Positions 1 through 9,583 are shown, numbered from the stretch's first letter. The stretch: 51,785 nucleotides of DNA from Minisyncoccota bacterium (GCA_031413715.1 JANOFO010000001.1:1-51785); one strand, 5' to 3'. The notes: a model not told the origin generated them from the letters alone. Numbers and translations are program-made.

Positions 1-278
1 TGGAGTGCCGCCCATGAGCTGATATATGAGGGCGTGCGAATGACATTGGCAAGGTAAAATGAGTAGGAAACATCGCTCCTATTTTTGTCGAAAAAATCAG
101 CGGAAACATACAACCCATTTTTAAGTCGATAAATTTCCTTATACTTCAAGAACCGGCTAATGTAAACATTAACCGTAGAGTCCTTGAGCCCCAACTGCTT
201 ACCAAGCTGAAATACAGTATTTTTACCGAAATGGGGCAGGGATTTAAGCTGTTCTAACAGATTACTCTTGCTTTTCAT
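1..278 (-). CDS. AbiEi-like antitoxin/transcriptional regulator (type IV TA/abortive infection); 3' end runs off the window
   Basis: Not in the ORF track. Manual translation from ATG 278: MKSKSNLLEQLKSLPHFGKNTVFQ...EIYRLKNGLYV...FYLANVIRTPSYISSWAAL. The RLKNGLY wing motif and LANxxxxPSYISxxxAL are typical of AbiEi-like proteins. Confidence 0.7.
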   Translation of the reverse strand, partial: MKSKSNLLEQLKSLPHFGKNTVFQLGKQLGLKDSTVNVYISRFLKYKEIYRLKNGLYVSADFFDKNRSDVSYSFYLANVIRTPSYISSWAAL

Positions 279-284
279 AATGTA

Positions 285-319
285 ACAGAAGTGTATCATA
301 TCAGAAACACCTCTGTCAA
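285..319 (-). promoter_or_regulatory. Sigma70 promoter with overlapping inverted-repeat operator
   Basis: Minus strand TTGACA (319-314), 18 nt, TACACT (295-290). Arms ACAGAAGTGTATC (285-297) and GAAACACCTCTGT (304-316) are 11/13 complementary. Confidence 0.6.
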
Positions 320-415
320 TTTTAAATTATTCCGTAATTACACGATCGTGGTGTTATGGTATAATTAGATTATGGTCAAAGCTAAAACAGTTAATCAATA
401 ATCCAAATTCTACTT

Positions 416-487
416 TGCCCCCGCGAGGAATCGAACCTCGAATAGCGGCTTAGAAGTCCGCAGTTATATCCATTTAACTACAGGGGC
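416..487 (-). tRNA. tRNA-Arg(TCT)
   Basis: Reverse complement GCCCCTGTAGTTAAATGGATATAAC...CTTCTAA...GGTTCGATTCC...GGGGGCA forms a cloverleaf; CCA not encoded. Confidence 0.95.
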
Positions 488-559
488 ATTTCGTGTATAA
501 CATCCTTAAGATAGCATTTTAGGCTTATTTTAGAAAGGAAAGAGCCGGGCCGGGATTAA

Positions 560-687
560 TTGACATTATAACCTAAATATGACATAATCCACGCGATAAA
601 TGTTCCTTGTCACTTTGTTTGATTGGGAAGGAAATTAAGATAACTCAGAGTAATTAAGCTTTGATTTTTCTGAGTTATCGTAATTTC
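560..687 (+). promoter_or_regulatory. Sigma70 promoter plus long 5' leader hairpin
   Basis: TTGACA 560-565, 17 nt, CATAAT 583-588. Hairpin arms 631-649 and 669-687 (18/19 paired). Confidence 0.6.
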
Positions 688-712
688 TAAAACTAAAAAA
701 ACAATAAATACC

Positions 713-1387
713 ATGAAAAAGATCAATTACTTATTCGTTATTATAGGGTTTGCCCTATTTTTGGCCTCTTGCGCTACCGAAAAATCGACTGTTACAACTA
801 CAGATGCTCCTGCGGATTCAAAAGTTCTCATGACTCAACAAGGATTGGAATCCCTGGGAGAAGGTAAATACTTGAGCGATGAGTTTATTAAGAACCATGT
901 TCATGTATATAATTCACAACCCGTAGATTACAATCCGGAAGGAAATGGTTCGGTTACGACCGAAGCCGAATCATCTAACGGCGGAATAAGAGTGAAAGAA
1001 AGTATCGTTAGATTGCGTGGATCATTACCTGGGGGGACCGAAGGACAAATTGATAGCATTGTGAGATATAACACTAAGAACATAAGCAGGTTCAGAGTGA
1101 GATACCTTACTGAAAGATTCGGATTTGTCTATATCTGGTATTACCGGAAAACTGCTCTTAATAATACATATTATTGGGCATCAAACGGTAACCAAAATGT
1201 AACTATCGGCGGATTGCCATTTGTCCGGACAACCTTCGATAATCGATTAAAGTGGGACTATGGTTTAGCCTCCAGCATTAAAGATGAGTTCTTCCTTGTT
1301 AAATCACCATTTGGTTCCAGTAGTTCAAACAAAACACCTCCTGACCCTAAGAAAAACCCGGTAGAAGAGGAAGAAAAAGAAAATTAA
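713..1387 (+). CDS. Hypothetical lipoprotein-like protein
   Basis: 224 aa; signal peptide ending in lipobox LASC; own promoter and terminator. Confidence 0.7.
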   Translation: MKKINYLFVIIGFALFLASCATEKSTVTTTDAPADSKVLMTQQGLESLGEGKYLSDEFIKNHVHVYNSQPVDYNPEGNGSVTTEAESSNGGIRVKESIVRLRGSLPGGTEGQIDSIVRYNTKNISRFRVRYLTERFGFVYIWYYRKTALNNTYYWASNGNQNVTIGGLPFVRTTFDNRLKWDYGLASSIKDEFFLVKSPFGSSSSNKTPPDPKKNPVEEEEKEN

Positions 1388-1413
1388 AAGTAATTTTTGA
1401 TCAGTAGCCAAAT

Positions 1414-1454
1414 AAAAGACCGTGTGAACAAATGTTCCGCGGTTTTTCTTTTTT
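1414..1454 (+). terminator. Intrinsic terminator
   Basis: ACCGTG-TGAACA/TGTTC-CGCGGT stem followed by T-rich tail. Confidence 0.55.
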
Positions 1455-1545
1455 ATCCACATTTCATTTCAGTACTTTAATAATTTTTTAATTCACCACT
1501 GATATATTGATATTACTTTATTAAGTGCTTTATTTCATATAAAAT

Positions 1546-4125
1546 ATGCAAAAAAATCTTTTAGCTTTTGTTGTTCTCGCAAGTCTTCTTGCTGGCTTTA
1601 ACATAGTACAAGCCATAATAATTCCGTCAATTTTCACTATCAATATAACCCAGCATTCTATCGGAGCCGATGGGGAATTTAGTTTCCACCTTGCGGAAGA
1701 TACAAGCCCTACTGACATCACACCTATTCCACTTGAGGATTTCTCTATTACTACTGTAGATGGAATCGGTTCTTATGCTGCTGGCGGTCCCAGTGGCGAT
1801 GGGACTCGCTTTACGCTTAGACAAGATAAAGCTTTAAACTGGCAAGACTCGACTTTTGTCTGTACAAGCAGCGATCCCCTGGTAACTACAACTCCTTTTA
1901 ATAATGGTGTTACTATACACGGCCAAGGGTTTAGCTCTATTGATTGTGATGTTACGAATATAAAAACTCCTCCTACGCCAACATGCTGTTCTAGTGTACT
2001 TTTCTTGCCAGGGATTAAAGGCAGCGTTCTAAAAAAAGGTTCTGACACGCTTTGGCCCCCAACTCCACTGAGCTTTAACGATATCTCTCAATTGGCGCTT
2101 GCAGCCAATGGCGAAAGTATTAATGATATTCACACTAACGGCATCCTAAATACATTTCTTGGTACTCCTATATACGCTCCATTTTCAAACTTTATGGATA
2201 GCCTCACTGCTGATGAAACCATAGAGGAGTGGGTACCGCTTGCGTATGATTGGAGATTTTCTCCGGAGAGAGTACTTGAAGATGGCATCAAAACATCAAA
2301 TGGAGTTCTTGATGTCATAGAAGAAATAGAAAAACTTGCGGAACATTCAGAAAACGGAAAAGTTGCAATAGTCGCCCATTCTATGGGAGGTCTCTTTGGA
2401 AAGGCAATTATCAAAAAACTCACGGAAGAAGGTAAGGGTGACCTTATTGACTCTTTCGTTATGATTGGTACGCCTCAACTTGGAACTCCGCAAACGATAG
2501 GTGCGATGCTTCACGGTGATAGTGAAGGAATTCTTCCTGTCTTTATCGCTCATCCAGCTGACATGCGTGCAATAGCGCAGAATATGCCAAGTGCTTATAA
2601 TCTTCTGCCATCTCCGCGATATTTTGATGCAGTATCAGACCCAGCTATCACGTTTGATCCAGACGCTGTATTCACAGAAGCGTGGAGAAATTTCTGGGGG
2701 TTAGCTATAAACACATACACCAAATTCTCTTCGTTTATGACAGGAACAGGTGTAACGCGTATTAAGCCAGCAGAAGGTATTTTACAGGATCCAGAAGTGT
2801 TGAATACTCAATTAATGATAAATGCCGCTAATTTTCATAACCAATATGATGACTATCAATTTCCATCGCATATTCGTGTTGTACAAGTTGCAGGCTGGGG
2901 CAGTCCTACGATCAAAGCAGTGAATTATAAAAATAACCACGGGATTCCTGGGTATAAGACAACTCCTACTGTAGAAGGAGACAACACTGTAGTATATCAA
3001 AGTGCAATTTCATCAGTAGCCGACGAGTCTTACTTTTTCGATTTAGCAATATATAATTCTCTTGAAAATATTCCTAATTCCCAACATAGAAGTCTTTTAA
3101 GTGCTTCACCAGTTCAAGATATGGTTAAAGATATAATAGAAGAAAAAAATGTTTTAGAAACTTCTTTTATTAGAACGACTAAACCTAATCCAGGAAGTCT
3201 CGAGGATCAACTTATTGTAAGCACCCATTCTCCTGTAATTCTTGGCGCATATGACCAGATTGGAAATTTCACCGGTATTGAACCGAACCAAGATCTTTCT
3301 GCTGGTATTCTCTCTATCAAAGAAGATATACCAGGAAGTACTTTTCTTTATACAAATGAGAGTCAATATATATTCCTTCCCAAAGAAGGGTTATACAACT
3401 TTTTGTATAAAGGAACTGGTAGTGGCCCCACTACAGTTACCGTTGAAAATTTTAAGTCTGATACTGTAACCCCGGTAGCTTCTTATACGGATATTCCAAC
3501 AACATCAAACACTGCTGCAAGATTTACTGTAGAGAGTGCAACTCCAGAGAATACTACAATAGCAGTTGATGTGAATGGTGATGGGCAGACAGATGAGGTA
3601 ATTCACGCAGACGATAGTACTGACGCATCTCTTAATGAACTCATCGCCCTTATTAAAGGAAAAATTGTTACACTTGTAGCTAAAGAAAAATTGAAACAGA
3701 ATCTCTTAAAGCAGATATCAAACTTAGAAAAGAGGATTGAAAATAAAAAGCAAAGGAATGCCAAGATCCTTACTAATCTGCAAAGGAAAATATCCAATCA
3801 AGAAATGAAAGGGAAGATAACTGCCGCTGATGCTGCAGGAATTATAAGCCTGCTTGATTTTCTTGAGACACAGGGAGAAAATATTGCATTTGATTCCGTA
3901 ATACTTGCTGATCTAAAGAGTAAAATACAATCTCTTAGTATAAAGATAAATTTGAAGAACGAGTTGTTGAAGCGAATAGAAAATCTTGAAAAGAAACAAG
4001 GGCTTGTTAAAACTTTATCTTATATATCAAAGAATATACTGCAAAAAGCAGATAAAGGTAAAATAGCTGATGGAGATGCGCAAGCACTTATTAATCTACT
4101 TAATCAAATTGAGGCTGTGATATAA
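1546..4125 (+). CDS. Secreted alpha/beta hydrolase (LCAT/PGAP1-like lipase-acyltransferase) with C-terminal helical repeats
   Basis: Signal peptide; motifs FLPGIKGS, YDWR, AHSMGG nucleophile elbow, IGTPQLG, GDNTV; DVNGDGQTD Ca-loop-like motif. Confidence 0.85.
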   Translation: MQKNLLAFVVLASLLAGFNIVQAIIIPSIFTINITQHSIGADGEFSFHLAEDTSPTDITPIPLEDFSITTVDGIGSYAAGGPSGDGTRFTLRQDKALNWQDSTFVCTSSDPLVTTTPFNNGVTIHGQGFSSIDCDVTNIKTPPTPTCCSSVLFLPGIKGSVLKKGSDTLWPPTPLSFNDISQLALAANGESINDIHTNGILNTFLGTPIYAPFSNFMDSLTADETIEEWVPLAYDWRFSPERVLEDGIKTSNGVLDVIEEIEKLAEHSENGKVAIVAHSMGGLFGKAIIKKLTEEGKGDLIDSFVMIGTPQLGTPQTIGAMLHGDSEGILPVFIAHPADMRAIAQNMPSAYNLLPSPRYFDAVSDPAITFDPDAVFTEAWRNFWGLAINTYTKFSSFMTGTGVTRIKPAEGILQDPEVLNTQLMINAANFHNQYDDYQFPSHIRVVQVAGWGSPTIKAVNYKNNHGIPGYKTTPTVEGDNTVVYQSAISSVADESYFFDLAIYNSLENIPNSQHRSLLSASPVQDMVKDIIEEKNVLETSFIRTTKPNPGSLEDQLIVSTHSPVILGAYDQIGNFTGIEPNQDLSAGILSIKEDIPGSTFLYTNESQYIFLPKEGLYNFLYKGTGSGPTTVTVENFKSDTVTPVASYTDIPTTSNTAARFTVESATPENTTIAVDVNGDGQTDEVIHADDSTDASLNELIALIKGKIVTLVAKEKLKQNLLKQISNLEKRIENKKQRNAKILTNLQRKISNQEMKGKITAADAAGIISLLDFLETQGENIAFDSVILADLKSKIQSLSIKINLKNELLKRIENLEKKQGLVKTLSYISKNILQKADKGKIADGDAQALINLLNQIEAVI

Positions 4126-4135
4126 TATCATTAAT

Positions 4136-4564
4136 ATGAATACAAAAAAAATAACATTTTGGTTACTAATTCTATGTTTTATTGGTTTAGGAGCTGGATT
4201 TATTTTAACTAATTCTATTAAGTTTGATATATGTGTCGTAAACGAAGTAACTACTGATGCGTCATGTATCAACTTTTATGAAAGGATCGGTAATCCGCTT
4301 TTTTATGGCATGTCCGTATTGGCTCTTGTATTTCTTGTTCTCACATTTGTACCGCAAGCCTTCTCTGCTTGGAAAAAATTCGCAGTTTGGTTCATACCTA
4401 TTGCTGCTCTACTTTTTATTTTTTATCCAGATCCAGGATCTGGAGATTATTTCTCCCCTTATCCTGAGCAGATATTTCAATGGGTAAGCATTCTGTATAT
4501 CGTAATCTCTGTTGTGATTATTGGGAGGAGTTTAGTTGGGAAAGGGAAGAAAAAAACCAGTTAG
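4136..4564 (+). CDS. Small multi-pass membrane protein
   Basis: 142 aa, about four hydrophobic segments, 10 nt after the hydrolase stop. Confidence 0.7.
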   Translation: MNTKKITFWLLILCFIGLGAGFILTNSIKFDICVVNEVTTDASCINFYERIGNPLFYGMSVLALVFLVLTFVPQAFSAWKKFAVWFIPIAALLFIFYPDPGSGDYFSPYPEQIFQWVSILYIVISVVIIGRSLVGKGKKKTS

Positions 4565-4574
4565 TATTTATTCT

Positions 4575-4709
4575 GGTCACAAATAATTTCGTCTCGTCAG
4601 TCGAAATTTTCGCGACCCCACCTCGCGGTTTTATGTGTTCATAAAACATCACTCCGGTTCGCACATAATACAAAAGAGTACCGCAGGGTACTCTTTTGTA
4701 TTATGTGCG
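4575..4709 (-). other. Three-hairpin structured trailer 3' of tRNA-Val
   Basis: Perfect 23-bp stem 4660-4682/4687-4709; 8-bp stem 4628-4647; bulged stem 4575-4617 with G-U pairs only on the minus strand. Confidence 0.6.
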
Positions 4710-4778
4710 CGATGCAAGACTCGAACTTGCGACCTTCCCAGTGTAAATGGGTTGCTCTACCAACTGAGCTAATCGCGC
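4706..4778 (-). tRNA. tRNA-Val(TAC)
   Basis: Reverse complement GCGCGATTAGCTCAGTTGGTAGAGC...TTTACAC...GTTCGAGTC...TCGCGCA. Confidence 0.95.
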
Positions 4779-4919
4779 AGCAATATACCTACTTGCCGAA
4801 TAATATCATATTTTCTATATATTTCAACCCGGTAGTAGATTTTGGCGAAGTTTTGTAAACACGCTTTGCGTATCGCCAAAATTCACTATCCGGGTCAATC
4901 TCATGCTAAGATCAGAGAT

Positions 4920-5729
4920 ATGAAGGTCCCCATACTATTTGAAGATAAAAACTTACTTGTACTAAACAAGCCGGCTGGCATGGCTGTACACCCGTCCGAA
5001 CGATCTATCCGGGCGGATGCCGATGGCAAAAATAACAAAGAAGAGACAGTCTCTGATTTTATACTTGCGTATGATAAATCTATTGCTAAAGTTGGCGAGC
5101 CGATGGAAGTGGAACACGAAGGTAAAAAAATAAAGATTGCACGCCCTGGCATTGTACACCGCCTCGATAAAGAAACATCGGGGGTCTTGATTGTAGCAAA
5201 AAATCAAAAAACTTTTCTTGCACTCAAAGAGCAATTTCAAAATCATACGATCAAGAAAGTTTATAGGGCATTCGTTTATGGATTTGTCTCTGACCCGAAA
5301 GCTTCGCTTGCGACAGGCAGGCGGGGAGTCATCAATGTGCCTATCGGCCGTAGTCCAAAAGATATCCGCATGTGGACAGCCGGTCGTGGCGCTCGGCCGC
5401 CGCTTCGCGATGCAACAACCGAATACATTGTACTTGATCGATTCGTTGATTCGAAAAGCAAAAAAACTGAAACAGAACACCAATTTTCATACATAGAAGC
5501 GTATCCTAAAACTGGTCGAACCCATCAGATTCGCGTGCATATGCGCTATATCAACCACCCAGTTGTATCAGACCCTCTATATAGTGGCGCTAAAGAAAAA
5601 TCTCTTGGCATGAAACGGCTAGCATTACATGCTTATTCAATAACCTTCCGCTTGTCTAATGGAGAACTAAAAACCATCGAAGCCCCTCTGCCAGCTGATT
5701 TTAAAAAGGTCATTACAACGTATCTCTAA
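4920..5729 (+). CDS. RluA/RluD-family pseudouridine synthase
   Basis: NKPAG, HRLDKETSG, TGRTHQIRVH, LHAY motifs. Start moved to ATG 4920. Confidence 0.95.
   Translation: MKVPILFEDKNLLVLNKPAGMAVHPSERSIRADADGKNNKEETVSDFILAYDKSIAKVGEPMEVEHEGKKIKIARPGIVHRLDKETSGVLIVAKNQKTFLALKEQFQNHTIKKVYRAFVYGFVSDPKASLATGRRGVINVPIGRSPKDIRMWTAGRGARPPLRDATTEYIVLDRFVDSKSKKTETEHQFSYIEAYPKTGRTHQIRVHMRYINHPVVSDPLYSGAKEKSLGMKRLALHAYSITFRLSNGELKTIEAPLPADFKKVITTYL
4991..5017. repeat. In-frame palindromic insertion in rluA (27 nt)
   Basis: CCCGTCCGAACGATCTATCCGGGCGGA; shares CCCGYCCGAAYGA...CGGGC with 47695-47730. Confidence 0.6.
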
Positions 5730-5797
5730 GTCTTGATATTTCGCTATTATAGAGCCCTTTCTTGCGTAAAATAGCCATATATGATAAAGTGGGCGCT

Positions 5798-6232
5798 ATG
5801 ACAACAGCAGAATTGACTCAAGAATTATCTAAAGCAAAATTTACCCCAGTAGAACAGTCAAGCCGTAAAAAGCTTATTTTTAAAGCCGGTGATACTATAC
5901 GAGTATGGAGTAAAATTTTAGAAAAAGGTAAAACTCGCCTACAGGCATTTGAAGGTCTCGTCCTTGCGCGCAAGCATGGAACAGAGAGCGGAGCTACATT
6001 TACAGTACGAAAAGTTGCTTCGGGTGTGGGCGTTGAGCGTATCTTCCCATTATTTTCTCCAAACATTGATAAAATAGAAGTTCTCCGCCATTCCAAGACT
6101 CGTCGAAGCAAGCTTTATTACATACGTACGAAAGCTGTAAAAGAAGTGAAGAAGAGATTGAAGAGTGTGACTCTTTCAAAAAGAGATTCAGACGAAGCAT
6201 CAACGAAAAGTACAGAAACCGCCGCAGAATAA
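5798..6232 (+). CDS. rplS: 50S ribosomal protein L19
   Basis: [39 protein letters not shown]. Start moved to ATG 5798. Confidence 0.97.
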   Translation: MTTAELTQELSKAKFTPVEQSSRKKLIFKAGDTIRVWSKILEKGKTRLQAFEGLVLARKHGTESGATFTVRKVASGVGVERIFPLFSPNIDKIEVLRHSKTRRSKLYYIRTKAVKEVKKRLKSVTLSKRDSDEASTKSTETAAE

Positions 6233-6300
6233 CACAAAGCCCGCACTATGCGGGGTTTGTGTTGAAAAAAAGGGATAAATAATGTATACATATAAGACCT

Positions 6301-6382
6301 GCGCGAGTGGCGGAACTGGTATACGCGTACGATTGAGGTTCGTATGGAGCAATCCTTGGAGGTTCAAGTCCTCTCTCGCGCA
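6301..6382 (+). tRNA. tRNA-Leu(GAG)
   Basis: GCGCGAGTGGCGGAACTGGTATACGC; anticodon arm TACGA-TTGAGGT-TCGTA; long variable arm; GGTTCAAGTCC. Confidence 0.95.
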
Positions 6383-6392
6383 CATTTAAAGA

Positions 6393-6422
6393 AAGAAAAT
6401 CCGACAATTGTCGGATTTTCTT
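6393..6422. terminator. 30-bp perfect palindrome after tRNA-Leu, probable terminator
   Basis: AAGAAAATCCGACAATTGTCGGATTTTCTT. Confidence 0.55.
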
Positions 6423-6438
6423 GTATACTATAAAATAT

Positions 6439-6975
6439 ATGTCTAAAGCTATTTTCGCCGGTGGGTGCTTCTGGTGTATAGAGCATGATTTTCATGAAGC
6501 TATTGGAGTTGTGAATGTAGTATCGGGATATTCAGGCGGGACAAAAAATAGTCCTACATATGAGAATCATGGTGATCATCGCGAAGTCGTAGAAGTAGAA
6601 TACGATCCAAATAAAACTTCATTCAAGAAGCTCATCCAATTTTTCCTAGATCATATTGATCCGACAGACACTGGTGGGCAGTTCGGAGACCGAGGTGGAT
6701 CGTATCAGACTGCGATTTATTACAAAATGAACAATGAGAAAGAAATTGCCGAGAATCTCTTACGAGAACTCGATGAAAGTGGTATATATGATAAACCTCA
6801 TGCAGTAGAAATTCTCCCCGCTACAACTTTCTATAAAGCTGAAGAATATCACCAAAATTATGCTGAAAAGAATCCCGAGCATTATTCTTTATATCGCAAG
6901 GGTTCTGGCCGCGAGGATTTCGTTAATCGTACTTGTACTATACGAGAAGAAAAACATATAAATTGGCAAGAATAA
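6439..6975 (+). CDS. msrA: Peptide methionine sulfoxide reductase A
   Basis: FAGGCFWC, GYSGG, FYKAEEYHQNY. Start moved to ATG 6439. Confidence 0.96.
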   Translation: MSKAIFAGGCFWCIEHDFHEAIGVVNVVSGYSGGTKNSPTYENHGDHREVVEVEYDPNKTSFKKLIQFFLDHIDPTDTGGQFGDRGGSYQTAIYYKMNNEKEIAENLLRELDESGIYDKPHAVEILPATTFYKAEEYHQNYAEKNPEHYSLYRKGSGREDFVNRTCTIREEKHINWQE

Positions 6976-6993
6976 TGATATACTATATATCAT

Positions 6994-8964
6994 ATGATAA
7001 CTGAGGATTTGATTCTCTATATACAAGAGCAGCGCCGAAAAAATATTTCCGATACGATGATCAACTTGCGGCTCACAAATGCTGGCTGGCACAGTGATGA
7101 TGTCGCGGAAGCATTTCGCAAACTCGCACCCATTGTCTCTCCTGTATCAAAACCAAAACCTCCAATTCCTGCGCTTACACCCACTACTCCATATATTGCA
7201 AAAGAGAAACTCGAGAAAGATCTGTATCGCGAATCGCCTAGGATAAAAGATGAGCCAAAAGTTATAATAGAAAAGCCAAAAACTCCGGTATTTGTGCCCA
7301 AAGCAAGACCAGAGACTCGCTTGGAAGTTCGCAGCGAAGAACTCATGCCGGCGCTAGTTCCGAAAGCTCCCCAAACTTCTACACCCTCATCTACAATACC
7401 TCGAGTATCTTCTTTACCGCAAGAGGAGCGTGCAGTTTCTAATTTTAGTGAACCACGGACTCCGAGTAAAATTGTAGATAATTTGCCCAAAGGCGCTATC
7501 CTTCACTCCTACCAGCAAGCATTATCGTCTATGACAGAGGCAAATCGCGCGTTGTCAAACAGAACAAAGAATACATTACGCAAGGTTCTTGTTGCCGTCG
7601 TTATCATCATAGTGCTTGGTGGAATCACTTTTGCTTTTACACAAGGTTATATCAAACTCCCGTCTATTAATATTCCTTTTATAAAAAAAGATCCAAAACT
7701 CCTCCTACAAAAAGCCCCAATGGTTCTCGATGGATTGAAATCCTATAAAATAGAAACTACCGCCGTGATTTCGATGCCGCTTGTTGCTGATATCACCTCA
7801 GGACTTTGGAGTGGGCAGTCTGTGTCGTCGCTTGATCGTGACTTTATCTCTCTTTCTGCAAAAGGGATAGTGAATAATATCAAGCCTACGCCTGTTTTTG
7901 ATTATCAAGCCACGATTCAAAGTTCACTTTTGCCTGATACACTCGTTGCTGATCTGAAATACGCTGAAGGAACATCGTTTGTCACTATTCCTGATCTTAG
8001 CAGTGTCCTCGGTCCCAATGCTCCCGATGCAAGTGTCGTTTCTCTGCCCGAGATGTCCTTTGATTCGTTGGCTACTTTTTTACCTACCTTCATGCAAAAC
8101 ATAATTAGAAAAGTTAACGCGGATAAATTTCTATCGACTATAGTCCCGTCATATGTAAGCAGTGAAATTGCTTCCATTCTTAAAGATTTTGTAATAAGCG
8201 GAGATATCGTAGAAAAAGAACCTGAAGATATCCGCGGAGAACTTGCATATCATTATGAGCTTGTTGCTTCTCGCCAAGCGACCAAGGAATTCCTGCAAAA
8301 ATTCGTTGCAGCTTTTACCATAAATATTTCTGCCGAAGAAAAGGCAAATCTCGACAGCAAACTCGGGTCAATTACCATGGATTCATTTGAAATCTGGATA
8401 GGAAAAAATGATAGCAACATCCACCAGTATAAATTTACCCTCACTGCTCCGCTCTCCAAAGTGATAGGGCTTGAAGACAAAGGAATTGCCGGCAGTGATG
8501 TCAGTTTGAGCTTCCAAACTAGCTATTATGATTTTGACGTTCCTAACATTGTTATACTTCCTACGAGCTCGATTAGTCTGAATGACTTTGCAATGAGAAT
8601 ACATGATATGAAAATTAAAAACTCAATTTCTTCGTTCAAATCCATTGCTGGCAATTTGCGCAATAATCTGGGGAACTACGGCAAACGCAGCAACCCGACA
8701 GGTAGTTGTACGAATCCTAATTTGGGCTCTTTGTTCTCGCCGGTTGGCCATACAAAAGGCGCAAGCGCAAGTGTGGGAGCGATCGCAGGCTTGATGACCG
8801 AATTGCTCACGACTACAAACGGCGCCCTTTCATGCTACTCTACACCGGGGGCATGGGCATTATCTGCTCCACTTGCAAGCGATCCAGCCCAGTCATTTTG
8901 CGCTGATAGTACCGGCGCTATTCTCACCCTCGCATCTCCGCTTGCAGGCACTGTATGTAAATAA
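6994..8964 (+). CDS. Single-pass membrane protein with Pro-rich linker and Cys-containing pilin-like C-terminus
   Basis: N-terminal helical domain (YIQEQR...LTNAGW), Pro-rich region, TM near aa 198-216, C-terminal CYS...WALSAPL...FCADSTG. Confidence 0.75.
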   Translation: MITEDLILYIQEQRRKNISDTMINLRLTNAGWHSDDVAEAFRKLAPIVSPVSKPKPPIPALTPTTPYIAKEKLEKDLYRESPRIKDEPKVIIEKPKTPVFVPKARPETRLEVRSEELMPALVPKAPQTSTPSSTIPRVSSLPQEERAVSNFSEPRTPSKIVDNLPKGAILHSYQQALSSMTEANRALSNRTKNTLRKVLVAVVIIIVLGGITFAFTQGYIKLPSINIPFIKKDPKLLLQKAPMVLDGLKSYKIETTAVISMPLVADITSGLWSGQSVSSLDRDFISLSAKGIVNNIKPTPVFDYQATIQSSLLPDTLVADLKYAEGTSFVTIPDLSSVLGPNAPDASVVSLPEMSFDSLATFLPTFMQNIIRKVNADKFLSTIVPSYVSSEIASILKDFVISGDIVEKEPEDIRGELAYHYELVASRQATKEFLQKFVAAFTINISAEEKANLDSKLGSITMDSFEIWIGKNDSNIHQYKFTLTAPLSKVIGLEDKGIAGSDVSLSFQTSYYDFDVPNIVILPTSSISLNDFAMRIHDMKIKNSISSFKSIAGNLRNNLGNYGKRSNPTGSCTNPNLGSLFSPVGHTKGASASVGAIAGLMTELLTTTNGALSCYSTPGAWALSAPLASDPAQSFCADSTGAILTLASPLAGTVCK

Positions 8965-8965
8965 T

Positions 8966-9385
8966 ATGCATATCTTACTCATCAATTTTATAGTCTTGCT
9001 TGCTCTTTTTGGATTTTCAATTTCTTTCTACATTTACAATAAGAAAAAGAAAAAAAAGAAGATGATTTGCCCGATGCGCTCAAACTGTGAAACAGTCATA
9101 CATTCCGATTATTCTCGCATTATCGGTATTCCGGTTGAAGCCTTGGGTATGATGTATTATGCGTCTATCGGTATTGCATACAGCTTTGTATTTATTTTAA
9201 ATTTATGGTCCCTGCCAGCAGCTCAAATACTTCTTGGAATAAGCGGATGCTCAGTTCTTTTCTCTCTCTACCTTGTCTCTATTCAGGTACTAATCATTCG
9301 GCAATTGTGCGCCTGGTGTTTGATGTCTGCGGCCACTTCTCTCATTATTTTCATCTTGTCGTATATCCACATAATCTCATATTAA
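8966..9385 (+). CDS. Vitamin K epoxide reductase (VKOR) family protein
   Basis: C-x4-C-xxVxxSxYS-xxxGIP loop and CAWC active site. Start moved to ATG 8966. Confidence 0.9.
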   Translation: MHILLINFIVLLALFGFSISFYIYNKKKKKKKMICPMRSNCETVIHSDYSRIIGIPVEALGMMYYASIGIAYSFVFILNLWSLPAAQILLGISGCSVLFSLYLVSIQVLIIRQLCAWCLMSAATSLIIFILSYIHIISY

Positions 9386-9508
9386 ATCTATCCGCACCTC
9401 CTGGATTTATAAGCCATTTTCTGGTATAACAGGGTAATCGATCCGATTTCTATTGGATCATGATATGGTACCTATTCACCACAACAAAGAGATAGAGAAA
9501 AAATTTAT

Positions 9509-9583
9509 GGAGGCATTGGTGTAGCGGTAACACTACAGATTGTGGATCTGTCATCGTGGGTTCGATCCCCACATGCCTCCCCA
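9509..9583 (+). tRNA. tRNA-His(GTG)
   Basis: Anticodon arm ACAGA-TTGTGGA-TCTGT; encoded G-1 pairing with C73; encoded CCA. Confidence 0.95.

Noticed and set aside
5292-5328. Possible further insertion in rluA (PKASLATGRR, contains CAGGCAGG)
   Set aside because: No convincing palindrome or boundaries; cannot be separated from a normal loop without an alignment.
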